A stretch of DNA of 64,000 bases from Alphaproteobacteria bacterium (lineage in GTDB: Bacteria > Pseudomonadota > Alphaproteobacteria > CALKHQ01). The first letter of the stretch is position 1. Each line of letters begins with the position of its first letter. Location of the stretch: the NCBI GenBank assembly GCA_965227515.1, contig CBDDFZ010000001.1:2432001-2496000 (forward strand). Reading direction: 5' to 3'. The notes below the pieces were generated by a model that saw only the letters and a list, made by a program, of their open reading frames with translations, searched no databases and had not been told where the DNA came from. Both the position numbers and the translations under genes were made by a program. Positions 35,093-45,975 of the stretch are shown here, in pieces.

Positions 35093-35323
35093 ATGGGTTT
35101 GAGTGTCTGGCAAATCTTGATCATCGTTGCGGTGGTCATCTTGCTGTTCGGGGCGGGCAAGATTCCGCGGCTGGCGCGCGACATGGGTTCGGGCATCAAT
35201 GCCTTCAAGAAGGGTTTGAAGGAGAGCGAGTCCGGAGGCTCCAAGGCGCAGGCCGACGCGATTGAGTCCACGTCGACCACGACCGTTGACAGCACGGCCA
35301 AGGACGAGGCGGCGAAGAGCTGA
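35093..35323 (+). CDS. tatA: Twin-arginine translocase TatA
   Basis: WQILII...LLFGAGKIP.L..D.G.GI.AFKKG. Confidence 0.95.
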   Translation: MGLSVWQILIIVAVVILLFGAGKIPRLARDMGSGINAFKKGLKESESGGSKAQADAIESTSTTTVDSTAKDEAAKS

Positions 35324-35409
35324 CGCCGTTCTTGCGCGGCGGCCGGGGGTGGCCGCGTGTATTCCAGTGACCTCCGTCGAAGGACGGATGGCGGCCTGAC
35401 GGACGGGGC

Positions 35410-36429
35410 ATGTTAGATTTCGGGTGGACCGAACTGCTGATGATCGCGATCGTCGCGGTTGTGATCATCGGGCCAAAAGACCTGCCCAAGGCCATGGCCT
35501 CGGTCGGCCAGTGGGTGCGCAAGCTGCGTGGCATGGCGAAGGACTTCCAGGGCCAGGTCGATGACGCGGTCAAGGGCACCGAACTGGAAGGCATCACCAA
35601 GACCGCGCGCACCGTCAACAAGTACACGGTCAACCGCAAGCTTAGCAGCCTTGTCGATCCGAAGGGCGCGATCAAGAACGCCCTGACGGAGACGAAGGAG
35701 GTCGCGAATGCCTCGCTGGCACCGCCGACGGAGTTGACCACGGCGAAGGAGGCGAAGGCGGGGTCTGCCACGACTGCGCTGACGTCTTCGAGCACGACGA
35801 CGGCGCTGGCGGATAACGACGTCGCCACCGCGGCGATGGCCGGGACCGCGGGCGCGGCGGCGAAGGCCTCCGGCACCTCGTCCGCGAAGAAGCCGGCGGC
35901 GAAGCGGAAGTCGGCGGCGAAATCCACGACCGCCAAATCGACCACGGCCAAGTCGACCACGGCCAAGTCGACCACGGCTAAGTCGACTTCGGCCAAGTCC
36001 ACCGCCGCCAAGAAGCCTGCCGCCAAGAAGCCCGCCGCCGCGAAACCCGCTGCTGCGAAGACGGGCGGCGCGAAGGCGGCGCCCAAGTCCACAAAGACGG
36101 CGGCCTCGAAGACCTCGGCCAAGAAACCGGCGGCGGCGAAAGCGCCCGCCAGCAAGAGCACGGCCGCCAGCAAGAGCACGGCTGCCAAGCCAGCGGCCAA
36201 AAAGGCGGCCCCCAAAAAGGCGGCCCCCAAGAAGGCCCCGGCCAAGAAGACGGTGGCAAAACCGGCCGCCAATGGCGCCGCCACTAGCTCGACCTCGGGC
36301 GCGACCGCGAGCGACGCCTCCTCCGCGAACGGCGCCAAGCCGGCGACCCGCCGCCGTCGCGCGACCCCGTCCAAGACAGCCACGACCTCGGGCAGCGATG
36401 CACCGAAGGCGGCGGCGTCCAACACCTGA
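35410..36429 (+). CDS. tatB: Twin-arginine translocase TatB with long Lys/Ala/Thr-rich tail
   Basis: MLDFGWTELLMIAIVAVVIIGPKDLP N-terminus; lies between tatA and tatC. Confidence 0.92.
   Translation: MLDFGWTELLMIAIVAVVIIGPKDLPKAMASVGQWVRKLRGMAKDFQGQVDDAVKGTELEGITKTARTVNKYTVNRKLSSLVDPKGAIKNALTETKEVANASLAPPTELTTAKEAKAGSATTALTSSSTTTALADNDVATAAMAGTAGAAAKASGTSSAKKPAAKRKSAAKSTTAKSTTAKSTTAKSTTAKSTSAKSTAAKKPAAKKPAAAKPAAAKTGGAKAAPKSTKTAASKTSAKKPAAAKAPASKSTAASKSTAAKPAAKKAAPKKAAPKKAPAKKTVAKPAANGAATSSTSGATASDASSANGAKPATRRRRATPSKTATTSGSDAPKAAASNT
35920..36009 (+). repeat. Six 15-bp coding tandem repeats (KSTTA-type) in tatB
   Basis: Units such as AAGTCGACCACGGCC; translated KSTTA x4, KSTSA, KSTAA. Confidence 0.9.
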
Positions 36430-36446
36430 TCCGGGCCGTCTGAACC

Positions 36447-37361
36447 ATGGCGGAGGCCGTCGAAGACCACAAAATGTCGCTGATCGAGCACCTGACGGAG
36501 CTCCGGCAGCGCCTGATGTACGCCGTGGCCGCGTTCCTGGTCGCCTTTGGCGTGTGCTGGTACTTCGCCAGCGATATCTACGCCTTCCTGGCTGCGCCGC
36601 TGATGGACGTGCTGCAGGAGCGCGGCCAGGACACCGGCATGGTCTACACGGCCCTGTGGGAGGCGTTCTTTACCGAGATCAAGGTCGCCTTCTTCGCCGG
36701 CATCTGCCTGTCCTTCCCGTTCATCGCCACCCAGATCTGGCTGTTCGTGGCGCCGGGCCTGTACTCGAAGGAAAAGCGCGCGTTCCTGCCGTTCCTGATC
36801 GCGACGCCCGTCTTGTTCGTGATGGGCGCGGCGTTCGTCTACTACTTCATCTTCCCGCTGGCCTGGGATTTCTTCGTCAGCTTCCAGTCCGATGGCACCG
36901 ACGGGTCGGTCCGCCAGGACCTGCTGCCGAAGATCAACGAATACCTGTCGATCGTGATGAAGCTGATCTTCGCGTTCGGCCTGTCGTTCGAGCTGCCGGT
37001 GCTGCTGACCCTGATGGCGCGCGTGGGCCTGGTCAGCGCGGAAGGCCTGGGCAAGAAGCGCAAATACGCCATCGTCATCATCGTCGCGGTCGCAGCCCTG
37101 ATCACGCCGCCCGACGTCATCAGCCAGGTCGGCCTCGCGATCCCGATCCTGATCCTCTATGAGATTTCAATCGTCCTCGCACGCGCTGTCGAGAAGAAGC
37201 GCAAGGCGGCGGAAGAGGCGTTCTACGCCGACATCCGGGGCGAGACCGCGGCCTCGGCCAGCGCCGACGGGACCGCCGATGCCGATGCACCGCCGGCCTA
37301 TGACGACCGCGACACCATCGGCCTCGACGCCACCGACTTCAGCTACGCAAAGCGTTCTTGA
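36447..37361 (+). CDS. tatC: Twin-arginine translocase TatC
   Basis: MSLIEHLTELR.RL, FVAPGLY..EK, FELPV, ITPPD. Confidence 0.97.
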   Translation: MAEAVEDHKMSLIEHLTELRQRLMYAVAAFLVAFGVCWYFASDIYAFLAAPLMDVLQERGQDTGMVYTALWEAFFTEIKVAFFAGICLSFPFIATQIWLFVAPGLYSKEKRAFLPFLIATPVLFVMGAAFVYYFIFPLAWDFFVSFQSDGTDGSVRQDLLPKINEYLSIVMKLIFAFGLSFELPVLLTLMARVGLVSAEGLGKKRKYAIVIIVAVAALITPPDVISQVGLAIPILILYEISIVLARAVEKKRKAAEEAFYADIRGETAASASADGTADADAPPAYDDRDTIGLDATDFSYAKRS

Positions 37362-37487
37362 TTCAGGATCAGCTGACGCTGAGTCGGCACCGGCCCTCTC
37401 CCCCACCCGGCCGCCCAACGGTAGTATCCTGTCTGGGTGGCCGGGTGGGGGAGAGGGCTGGAGCCGACTTGCAAGATCATGCTCAAA
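37358..37487. repeat. Hairpin MITE family A, copy 3
   Basis: TTGATTCAGGATC...hairpin...GATCATGCTCAA; overlaps the tatC stop codon. Confidence 0.85.
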
Positions 37488-37676
37488 GCGCCTCGTCCAC
37501 CGGCTCGCCTGGGCCGGTCATGTGCAGCGCTGCCACACTTCTCCTGGCGTGTTGCCGGATCGGTTAGCCCCGCTCCACAAGTTGCTCAACAGCCTGCTAT
37601 AACCCCAGCGCGCCCCGACTCACCGGGTCTTCCTGACCGGGGCTTCGCAAACACCTCGAGCGCACGAGCGACTGCC

Positions 37677-38954
37677 ATGCATGACATCCGATGGATTCGC
37701 GATCACGGCGACGCCTTCGATGCCGCGATGCAGCGGCGCGGCCTCGCCCCGCAGGCCGACGACATCCTGGCCAAGGATGCTGCCACCCGCGAGCTGACGA
37801 CCCGGCTGCAGGAAATGCAGACCCGGCGCAACGAGGCATCGCGATCGATCGGCCAGATCAAGAAGGAGGGCGGCGACGCCAGTGCGGTGATTGCCGAGGT
37901 CGGCGCGCTGAAGGAGGCGATGCCCGGTGTCGAGGCGGGCCTGCGCGAGGCCGAGCAAGGGCGCGAGGACCTGCTGACCGGGCTGCCCAACCTGCCCGAC
38001 GACGAGGTGCCGGACGGCCCCGACGAGACCGCGAACCTGGAGCTGCGGTCGTGGGGCTCGCCGCGTTCGTTCAACTATCAGGCAAGGCCGCACGACGAGC
38101 TCGGCGACCTGATCGGCGGCATGGACTTCCGCCGTGCCGCGCAACTCGCCGGCGCGCGGTTCGTCGTGCTCAGCGGCCCGATCGCGCGGCTGGAGCGCGC
38201 GTTGGGCGACCTGATGCTGGACATGCAGACCCGCGAGCACGGCTACACCGAAGTGTCGCCGCCATTGCTGGTCAACACCGCGACCCTGTTCGGCACCGGC
38301 CAGCTGCCGAAGTTCGCCGAGGACCAGTTCCGCACCACCGATGACCGCTGGCTGATCCCGACCGCCGAGGTGTCGCTGACCAACCTGGTCGCCGACAGCA
38401 TCGTCGACGAGGCCGAACTGCCGATGCGGTTCACGGCGCGCACGCCGTGCTTCCGGTCGGAGGCGGGCGCCGCCGGCAAGGACACCCGCGGCATGATCCG
38501 CCAGCACCAGTTCACCAAGGTCGAGCTGGTGTCGATCACCACGCCGGAGAGCTCGCGCGACGAGCACGAGCGCATGACCGGCTGCGCGGAGGCGGTGCTG
38601 AAGGCGCTGGAGTTGCCCTATCGCGCGGTCAGCCTGTGCACCGGCGACCTCGGCTTCTCGGCCCACCGGACCTACGACCTGGAGGTGTGGCTGCCCAGCC
38701 AGGAGCGCTATCGCGAGATTTCAAGCTGTTCGAACTGCGGTGCCTTCCAGGCACGGCGCATGAAGGCGCGGTATCGCCGTGCCGCCGACCAGTCGGTCGA
38801 TTTCGTCCACACGTTGAACGGGTCCGGCCTGGCCGTCGGCCGGACCTTGATCGCGGTGATGGAGAACTATCAGAACCAGGACGGCTCCATCACCGTGCCA
38901 GAGGCGCTGCGGCCCTATTTGGACGGTCTCGAACGGATAGGACCCGATGCTTAA
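37677..38954 (+). CDS. serS: Serine--tRNA ligase
   Basis: MHDIRWIR start, [33 protein letters not shown]. Confidence 0.98.
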   Translation: MHDIRWIRDHGDAFDAAMQRRGLAPQADDILAKDAATRELTTRLQEMQTRRNEASRSIGQIKKEGGDASAVIAEVGALKEAMPGVEAGLREAEQGREDLLTGLPNLPDDEVPDGPDETANLELRSWGSPRSFNYQARPHDELGDLIGGMDFRRAAQLAGARFVVLSGPIARLERALGDLMLDMQTREHGYTEVSPPLLVNTATLFGTGQLPKFAEDQFRTTDDRWLIPTAEVSLTNLVADSIVDEAELPMRFTARTPCFRSEAGAAGKDTRGMIRQHQFTKVELVSITTPESSRDEHERMTGCAEAVLKALELPYRAVSLCTGDLGFSAHRTYDLEVWLPSQERYREISSCSNCGAFQARRMKARYRRAADQSVDFVHTLNGSGLAVGRTLIAVMENYQNQDGSITVPEALRPYLDGLERIGPDA

Positions 38955-39726
38955 GACCCCTTTTGACCTGAACGGAAAGCGCATCCTGATCGCCAACGAC
39001 GACGGGATCGATTCCCCCGGCATCGAGGCGCTGGAACGGGTGGCGCGGCAATTCACCGACGATGTGTGGGTGGTGGCGCCGTCCACCGAGCAGAGTGCCA
39101 TGAGCCACTCGCTGACCATCCGCCGGCCCTTGCGGCTGCGCAAGGTCGACGACCGCCACTTCGCGGTCGACGGCACGCCGACCGACTGCGTGGTGATGGC
39201 GCTGCGCAGCATCCTGGCCGATCACCAGCCCGACATCATCTTCTCCGGCGTCAACCGCGGCGCCAACATGGCCGAGGACGTGGTCTATTCCGGCACGGTC
39301 GCGGCCGCGATCGAGGGCACCATGCTGGGCATCCCGTCGATCGCGTACAGCCAGGTGACCCCGCGCAACGAGCACTCGAAATGGGCGACGGCTGAGCGCT
39401 TCGCCGGCGAGGTCGCCAAGCGGGTCGTGTCGGTCGACTGGCCCGAGGACACGCTGATCAACGTGAACTTCCCGCCGATCGATCCCGACCAGGTGACCGG
39501 CATGGAGGTCGTGCCGCTGGGCCGCCGCGACGACAAGATGAAGGTGGAGGAGCGGCCGGACCCGTACGGCAACCCCTACTACTGGCTGGTCGACTACGCC
39601 AGCGACGACACCCGCCACGCGGACAACGACCTGTCGACCGTGGCGGCCGGGCGCGTCGCCATCACGCCGCTCAGGATCGACATCACCCACGAAACCCAGC
39701 TCAAGCACTTCGCGGCGGCGTTCTAA
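38947..39726 (+). CDS. surE: 5'/3'-nucleotidase SurE
   Basis: [28 protein letters not shown]. Confidence 0.96.
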   Translation: MLKTPFDLNGKRILIANDDGIDSPGIEALERVARQFTDDVWVVAPSTEQSAMSHSLTIRRPLRLRKVDDRHFAVDGTPTDCVVMALRSILADHQPDIIFSGVNRGANMAEDVVYSGTVAAAIEGTMLGIPSIAYSQVTPRNEHSKWATAERFAGEVAKRVVSVDWPEDTLINVNFPPIDPDQVTGMEVVPLGRRDDKMKVEERPDPYGNPYYWLVDYASDDTRHADNDLSTVAAGRVAITPLRIDITHETQLKHFAAAF

Positions 39727-40391
39727 TGAGTGTTGCGGCGCGCAAGATCCGGTTGATCATGGAGCTGCGCAATGCCGGCGTGACCAACACGGCCGTGCTG
39801 TCGGCCATCGAACTGGTGCCGCGCGAGATATTCCTGCCCGAGACGTTTCAGGACCGCGCCTATGACAACCGGGCGCTGCCGATCGGCCTTGGCCAGACCA
39901 TCAGCCAGCCGCTGGTGGTGGCGATCATGACCGACGCCCTGGAGCTTAACGACCGGATGAAGGTGCTGGAGATCGGCACCGGGTCCGGCTACCAGACCGC
40001 GATCCTGGCCCGGCTGTGCCGCCGGGTCTACACCATCGAGCGGCACAAGCCGCTGCTGCGCGAGGCCGAGGCGCGGCTGGAGACCCTGAAGGTCCGCAAC
40101 GTCACCACCCGCCATGCCGACGGCGCCAAGGGTTGGCCCGAGCAGGCCCCGTTCGAGCGCATCATCGTGACCGCCGCCGCCGCCGAACCGCCGCCCCGGC
40201 TGCTGGAGCAGCTGGCCGACGGCGGCATCATGGTGGTGCCGGTGGGCGGCAATGGCGACCAGGACCTGGTGCGCATTCGCCGCAAGGGCGATGCCTTCGA
40301 GACCGAGCACCTGTGCGGCGTGCGCTTCGTGCCGCTGGTGGAGGGCACGGATTTCCCGGCCAAGGCGGCTGCCGGCAATACTGCCCATTGA
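39726..40391 (+). CDS. pcm: Protein-L-isoaspartate O-methyltransferase
   Basis: GQTISQP, VLEIGTGSGYQ, APFERIIVTAA, FVPL. Confidence 0.96.
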   Translation: MSVAARKIRLIMELRNAGVTNTAVLSAIELVPREIFLPETFQDRAYDNRALPIGLGQTISQPLVVAIMTDALELNDRMKVLEIGTGSGYQTAILARLCRRVYTIERHKPLLREAEARLETLKVRNVTTRHADGAKGWPEQAPFERIIVTAAAAEPPPRLLEQLADGGIMVVPVGGNGDQDLVRIRRKGDAFETEHLCGVRFVPLVEGTDFPAKAAAGNTAH

Positions 40392-40454
40392 TCGCCACAA
40401 TCGATCGCGTACGGTGGCCATGCAGGGTGTGACCACCGAGTCGCGAGGCGGTTC

Positions 40455-41651
40455 ATGCTTAAGATGATCATTGCGGCGGCCACGCTGGTGGCCGTTGCCG
40501 GTTGCGGATTCATAGGTGTGCCAGGGCGCACGCCGCCAACAAATACCACTGTCGGTGCCGCGAACCACCGGGTGCAAACCGGGGAGTCCATCTACTCGAT
40601 TGCCACACGCTATGGCACGACGGCGGAGGCGATTGCCGACAACAATGGGCTCGCACCGCCCTATACGCTGACGGCCGGGCAGACGCTGTTCATCCCGTCG
40701 AGCAGCAGCTACGTCGTGCAGCAGGGCGAAACGCTCTACGACATCGCCACCCGCCAGGGCGTCGACGTCGGCGAGTTGGCGCGCATCAATGGCATCGGCC
40801 TGCCCTACGAGGTGGCGCCGGGCCAGACGTTGCGCCTGCCGTACCACGCCACGTCGCTGGCATCCGGCCCGCTGCCCACCGGTCCGGTGCCGTCGGGTGA
40901 CGTGCAGGTCTCGGCGCTGGCCCCCAATGGCACGGTTGCCGGGCAAGGCGTGTATCCGATCCAGCCGCAAGTAGGCACTGCGTATCCGACCGCCGCGGTG
41001 GGGGCACCCCAGCCGCTGTACGATGCGCCGAGCGGGTCTCTCGCTGGCCCGGGCACTGGCGATATCGCGCTGTTGCCGCCGGCGTCGAACGGTCAGGTGC
41101 CGCCTCCGCCGCCGCCGAGCGATCTGGCGGTCACGCCGCCCGCCGACATCGTTCAGCCGGACGTTGCGTCGCCGCCCAGCCTGACCGCGCCGCAACTCGG
41201 CAGCGTCGATCTGCCGCCGTCGCCGGTGCAACCGAGCGAGCCTGCGGCTGTGGCGCCGGCGCCCGCTGCCACCGCCGGTGCCGCCGAGGGTTTCCTGTGG
41301 CCGGTGCGCGGCGACATCCTGTCGAACTTCGCGGCTGGCGGGGCCAATGACGGCATCAACATCGCAGCACCATCGGGCACCCCGGTGCGCGCCGCCGAGG
41401 CAGGCACGGTCGCCTATGTCGGCCAGGATATCGCCAGTTTCGGCAATCTGGTCCTGGTGCGTCACCAGAACGACTGGGTGACGGCCTACGCCCACAACGA
41501 GGCGGTGCTGGTGTCGGAGGGCGAGTCCGTGGCGCGCGGCCAGGTTATCGCGCGGGTCGGGCAGTCAGGCGATGTCTCGCAGCCGCAGCTGCACTTCGAG
41601 TTGCGCCGCGGCACAGACCCGGTCGACCCGATGCCGCACCTGCCGCAGTAG
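40455..41651 (+). CDS. nlpD: LysM + M23 lipoprotein (NlpD/DipM-like)
   Basis: Lipobox VAGC, two LysM repeats, Pro-rich linker, degenerate M23 (NDGINI, YAH, LHFE). Confidence 0.85.
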   Translation: MLKMIIAAATLVAVAGCGFIGVPGRTPPTNTTVGAANHRVQTGESIYSIATRYGTTAEAIADNNGLAPPYTLTAGQTLFIPSSSSYVVQQGETLYDIATRQGVDVGELARINGIGLPYEVAPGQTLRLPYHATSLASGPLPTGPVPSGDVQVSALAPNGTVAGQGVYPIQPQVGTAYPTAAVGAPQPLYDAPSGSLAGPGTGDIALLPPASNGQVPPPPPPSDLAVTPPADIVQPDVASPPSLTAPQLGSVDLPPSPVQPSEPAAVAPAPAATAGAAEGFLWPVRGDILSNFAAGGANDGINIAAPSGTPVRAAEAGTVAYVGQDIASFGNLVLVRHQNDWVTAYAHNEAVLVSEGESVARGQVIARVGQSGDVSQPQLHFELRRGTDPVDPMPHLPQ

Positions 41652-41690
41652 CGGGCCTTCCCGTCTTGGGACGGGGCAAGTAGCACAAGT

Positions 41691-41834
41691 GGCCCTCACC
41701 CTCCCATCCGGCTGCGCCGGACGGGTCCCTCCCTCTCCCACTTCGCGGGAGAGGGGAATTAGCGCGCGACCAACTTTCCCTCTCCCCGTGTGGGAGAGGG
41801 AGGGGCGCGGCCGAAGGCTGGGAAGGTGAGGGGG
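41691..41834. repeat. CCCTCTCCC/GGGAGAGGG palindromic repeat pair
   Basis: CCCTCACCCTCCC...CCCTCTCCCACTTCGCGGGAGAGGGG and the inverted partner CCCTCTCCCCGTGTGGGAGAGGG...GGTGAGGGG between convergent genes. Confidence 0.8.
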
Positions 41835-41865
41835 AGGCCGGCTGCCCGGATCTGACCGGGCGCCG

Positions 41866-42723
41866 CTAATCCAGTCGTTTGCCCAGCCGGCCGGCCAGGT
41901 CGACGATGAACTGCCAGGCGACGCGGCCGGACCGCGCGCCGCGGGTGACCGCCCACTCCTTGGCCGCACCGTGAAGCTCGTCCTTCGGCACATCGAGGCC
42001 GTAGTGCGCCGCGTAGGCGTCGATCATGGTCAGGAACGTCGGCTGGTCGCAGCCGTGAAAGCCCAGCCACAAGCCGAACCGGTCCGACAACGAGACCTTC
42101 TCCTCCACTGCCTCGCCGGGGTTGATGGCGCTGGACCGCTCGTTGTCGATCATGTCGCGCGCCATCAGGTGGCGGCGGTTCGACGTGGCGTAGAACAGCA
42201 CGTTGGACGGCCGCCCCTCGACGCCGCCTTCCAACACCGCCTTCAGCGACTTGTACGAGGTGTCTTCGCTATCGAATGACAAATCGTCGCAGAACAGCAC
42301 GAACCGGCGGCGCACCGTCTGCAGGCGCGACAGCAGGAGCGGCAGCGTCGACAGGTCCTCGCGGTGGATTTCGATCAGCACCAACGGCTCGGTGCGGCCC
42401 AGATTGATCGCCGCGTGCACGCCTTTCACCAGCGAGCTCTTGCCCATGCCGCGCGCGCCCCACAACAGGGCGTTGTTGGCCGGCAGTTCGTCGGCAAAGC
42501 GCTTGGTGTTGTCCAGCAGGATGTCGCGCACATGATCGATGCCGCGCAGGAGGTCGATCTCGACCCGGCTGACATTGGCCACCGGCTGCAGCCAGTGGCC
42601 GTCGGCATGCCACACGAAGGCATCGGCCTCCGACATGTCGATCGCCGGCGCCTCCGGCGGGGCCATGCGGTCCAGCGCCTCCGCGATGCGGTTCAGGATG
42701 GTCTGATGTTCGGTCTCGGCCAT
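41866..42723 (-). CDS. AAA+ ATP-binding protein (DUF815 family)
   Basis: NNALLWGARGMGKSS, FCDDLSF, YATSNRRHL, SLSDRFG. Confidence 0.92.
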   Translation of the reverse strand: MAETEHQTILNRIAEALDRMAPPEAPAIDMSEADAFVWHADGHWLQPVANVSRVEIDLLRGIDHVRDILLDNTKRFADELPANNALLWGARGMGKSSLVKGVHAAINLGRTEPLVLIEIHREDLSTLPLLLSRLQTVRRRFVLFCDDLSFDSEDTSYKSLKAVLEGGVEGRPSNVLFYATSNRRHLMARDMIDNERSSAINPGEAVEEKVSLSDRFGLWLGFHGCDQPTFLTMIDAYAAHYGLDVPKDELHGAAKEWAVTRGARSGRVAWQFIVDLAGRLGKRLD

Positions 42724-42886
42724 GATGCGTCGGTTTTTGTTGTCCGGAATTTGGCGGCAGCGCGCCGTTCGCAATTCTGCACGGCTTCGTACGCCCAATC
42801 CAAGCCTTGATATGTGGCGGCAAAGCGCCAATTTGATGATGGTGTATGCGCGGTTTGGGCCGTGGGGAACGCGCATGTGTTTGGGA

Positions 42887-42914
42887 TTGCATCGACGGTC
42901 GCCGTCTGTATAGT
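42887..42914 (+). promoter_or_regulatory. Putative sigma70 promoter of yajC-secDF
   Basis: TTGCAT-N16-TATAGT upstream of the GAGGAG RBS. Confidence 0.45.
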
Positions 42915-42946
42915 CCCGCGGTCGCGACCGATCCGAGGAGATTGTA

Positions 42947-43357
42947 ATGTGGATTTCGACCGCGTTCGCGCAAGAGGGCGCGGCGCCGGCGGCGGGTGAT
43001 CCGTTGGGTGGATTGGGGATGTTCCTGCCCCTGATCCTGATTTTCGTTGTCTTCTATTTCCTGCTGATCCGTCCGCAACAAAAGAAGATGAAGGCGCACC
43101 GGGCCATGGTCGCGGCTGTGCGCCGTGGCGACAAGGTGCTGACCCAGGGCGGCGTCTTCGGCACCGTGACCAAGGTGATCAGCGACACCGAGACGATGGT
43201 CGAGATTGCCGAAGGCGTGCGCATCCGCGTCTTGAAGTCGAGCATTTCCGACGTGCTGAACCGCACGGACGCGAGCGCGGCCGAGGCGGCTTCGTCGTCC
43301 GGCGGCGAGCAGAAGTCCGGCGGCATCCTGAGCCGCGCCAAGAAGTCCAACGGTTGA
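42947..43357 (+). CDS. yajC: Preprotein translocase subunit YajC
   Basis: FYFLLIRPQQK, GDKV.T.GG..G. Confidence 0.96.
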   Translation: MWISTAFAQEGAAPAAGDPLGGLGMFLPLILIFVVFYFLLIRPQQKKMKAHRAMVAAVRRGDKVLTQGGVFGTVTKVISDTETMVEIAEGVRIRVLKSSISDVLNRTDASAAEAASSSGGEQKSGGILSRAKKSNG

Positions 43358-43407
43358 GCGGCCTGGCCCGCCACCGTTCCACCGCCAACCGATAGACGAT
43401 CGCTGCG

Positions 43408-44973
43408 ATGCTGCGTATTTCCCGCTGGCAGATCATCTTCATTCTCGCGGTCATCGTGCTGGGCATCGCCTTCGCGGCGCCCAACGTGGTGTCGGAAGAG
43501 GATGCGCAGGACGCGCCGTCTTGGCTGCCGCACCAGCAGATCAATCTGGGCCTGGACCTGGCCGGCGGCTCGCACCTGTTGCTGGAAGTCGATCTCGACA
43601 AGGTGGTCATCGACCGGCTGGCCAATCTGGACCGCGACATCGGCGACGCGCTGTTCAACGCGGAACCGCGGATCGGCTTCATCGGCGGCATCACCAGCAC
43701 CAGCGAGGCTGTGCTGTTCCAGTTGCGCGATCTGGATGAGCGCGACCGGGCCGAAGAGATCATCGACGGCCTGGCCGACGGGCTGGTCATCGACATCGCG
43801 GATGACGGCGCGGTCCGGGTCTCCTACACCGAGGAGGCGATTGCCGACATCCATGCGCTGGCCATGGACCAGGTGCTGGAGGTCACGCGCCGGCGTATCG
43901 ACGAACTGGGCACCCGCGAACCCAACGTTCAGCGTCAGGGCGACGAGAATATCATCGTCGAGGTCCCCGGGGTCGGCGATCCCAACGAGCTTCTGGACAT
44001 CATCGACGAACCGGGCGTTCTGACGTTCCACCTGCTCAACACGCAGGTTTCGCCGAACGATCCGAACCCGCCGCGCGGCACCGAGATCTATCCGTCCGCC
44101 GAAGAGGGCGGCCCGAACTACGCGCTGTTCCGCGCCGAGCGCAGCGTCAGCGGCACCAACATCGTCAACGCCTATCCGTCGTTCCAGGAGAACAGGTGGG
44201 TGGTGGCCTTCACCTTCGACGGCGCGGGCGGCCGTGGCTTCGGCAATCTGACGTCCGCGCATGTCGGCGACTTGCTGGCGATCGTTCTGGACGGCGAGGT
44301 GATCAGCGCACCGGAGATTCAGACCGGCATCACCGGCGGCTCCGGCATTATCCGCGGCGCGTTCACCGCGGAGAGCGCGAACAATCTGGCCATCCTGCTG
44401 CGCGCGGGTGCGCTGCCGGCCGACGTTAACGTGCTCGAGGTCCGCTCCGTCGGTGCCGGGCTGGGGCAGGACTCCATCGATGCCGGCACCATCGCGTGCG
44501 TCATCGGCCTGATCGCGGTGATGATCTTCATGGGCCTGGCCTATGGCCTGTTCGGCGTCTTCGCCGACGTGGCCCTGGTGGTCAACCTGATCCTGATCGG
44601 CGCGATCCTCTCCGTGCTGCAGGCGACGCTGACACTGCCCGGCATCGCCGGCATCGTGCTGACCGTCGGCATGGCGGTGGACGCCAATGTGCTGGTGTTC
44701 GAGCGCATACGCGAGGAACTGGCCAACGGGCGATCCGTGTTCAACGCGGTCGACAGTGGCTACAAGCGCGCGCTGACCACCATCATCGACGCCAACGTCA
44801 CCACGCTGATCGCCGCCGTGATCCTGTTCAACTTCGGGTCCGGGCCGATCAAGGGGTTTGCGGTGACGCTGTCCATCGGCATCATCACGTCGGTCTTCAC
44901 CGCCACCATGGTGACGCGGCTGTTCGTGGTTTCGTGGCTGCGCCGCTCGCGGCCCGCAGCACTGCAACTCTAG
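43408..44973 (+). CDS. secD: Protein translocase subunit SecD
   Basis: LGLDLAGG, RRIDELG, LTLPGIAG, GMAVDANVL.FERIREE. Confidence 0.97.
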   Translation: MLRISRWQIIFILAVIVLGIAFAAPNVVSEEDAQDAPSWLPHQQINLGLDLAGGSHLLLEVDLDKVVIDRLANLDRDIGDALFNAEPRIGFIGGITSTSEAVLFQLRDLDERDRAEEIIDGLADGLVIDIADDGAVRVSYTEEAIADIHALAMDQVLEVTRRRIDELGTREPNVQRQGDENIIVEVPGVGDPNELLDIIDEPGVLTFHLLNTQVSPNDPNPPRGTEIYPSAEEGGPNYALFRAERSVSGTNIVNAYPSFQENRWVVAFTFDGAGGRGFGNLTSAHVGDLLAIVLDGEVISAPEIQTGITGGSGIIRGAFTAESANNLAILLRAGALPADVNVLEVRSVGAGLGQDSIDAGTIACVIGLIAVMIFMGLAYGLFGVFADVALVVNLILIGAILSVLQATLTLPGIAGIVLTVGMAVDANVLVFERIREELANGRSVFNAVDSGYKRALTTIIDANVTTLIAAVILFNFGSGPIKGFAVTLSIGIITSVFTATMVTRLFVVSWLRRSRPAALQL

Positions 44974-44986
44974 GGGGCTTGGAACG

Positions 44987-45940
44987 ATGCTTCATCTCCG
45001 GCTGGCCCCCCTCAATTCCAAGTACCAATTCATGCGTCGGCGCCATCTGGCGCTGGCTTTCTCCGCGCTGCTCGTGGTTGCGTCGGTCGTGGCTTACGTC
45101 ACCCAGGGCCTCAACTTCGGCATCGACTTCGTCGGTGGCACCCTGATCGAGGTGCGGCATACCGAGGGGCCGGCGGACCTGGGGGGCATGCGCGAGACCG
45201 TGGCGGGACTGGGCTTCGGCGACGCGTCGCTGCAGGAATTCGGCGACCCGCAGACGGTGCTGATCCGCATCCAGTTGCAGGAAGGCCAGGAGGAAGGCGA
45301 GACCACCTCGATATCGGAACTGGTCAGCGAGGCGCTTGGCGACGGCTACGAATACCGCCGGGTCGAGTTCGTCGGCCCCAAGGTGGGCAGCGAACTGCAG
45401 GAACAGGCGCTGTGGGCGGTGCTGATCGCGCTGGCCGCGATCATGGTCTACATCTGGCTGCGGTTTGAGTGGCAGTTCGGCGTCGGCGCCGTCATCGCCC
45501 TGGCCCACGATGTGATCGCGACCATCGGCCTGTTCGCCGTGCTCCAGTTGGAGTTCAACCTGGCCACGGTGGCGGCGATCCTTACCATTGCCGGCTACTC
45601 CATCAACGACACCGTGGTCATCTACGACCGGGTGCGCGAGAACCTGCGCAAGTACAAGCAGTCCGACCTGCCGCAGGTGCTGGACCGCTCCGTCAACGAG
45701 ACCCTGTCGCGTACGTTGATGACCAGTGTGACCACGCTGTTGGCGCTGCTGGCGCTGTTCATCTTCGGCGGAGAGATCATTCGCGACTTTGCCGGCGCCA
45801 TGATGTGGGGCGTCGTGATCGGCACCTACTCGTCGATCTTCGTGGCGGTACCGACGCTGCTGTACTTCAAGCTGCGCCGCGATGCGGACGAAGCCAGCGA
45901 CGAACAGAAGAAAGTCGATGCCGCAGCCGACGCCGGCTGA
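44987..45940 (+). CDS. secF: Protein translocase subunit SecF
   Basis: GIDFVGG, VGPKVG, GYSINDTVVIYDRVRE. Confidence 0.97.
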   Translation: MLHLRLAPLNSKYQFMRRRHLALAFSALLVVASVVAYVTQGLNFGIDFVGGTLIEVRHTEGPADLGGMRETVAGLGFGDASLQEFGDPQTVLIRIQLQEGQEEGETTSISELVSEALGDGYEYRRVEFVGPKVGSELQEQALWAVLIALAAIMVYIWLRFEWQFGVGAVIALAHDVIATIGLFAVLQLEFNLATVAAILTIAGYSINDTVVIYDRVRENLRKYKQSDLPQVLDRSVNETLSRTLMTSVTTLLALLALFIFGGEIIRDFAGAMMWGVVIGTYSSIFVAVPTLLYFKLRRDADEASDEQKKVDAAADAG

Positions 45941-45975
45941 GGCAGCGCCAGCCCCATCCGGCCCACGAGCCGCCG

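Noticed and set aside
35205-36491. 428-aa antisense ORF over tatB (AAFLAA repeats)
   Set aside because: Mirror image of the low-complexity Lys/Ala repeats of tatB
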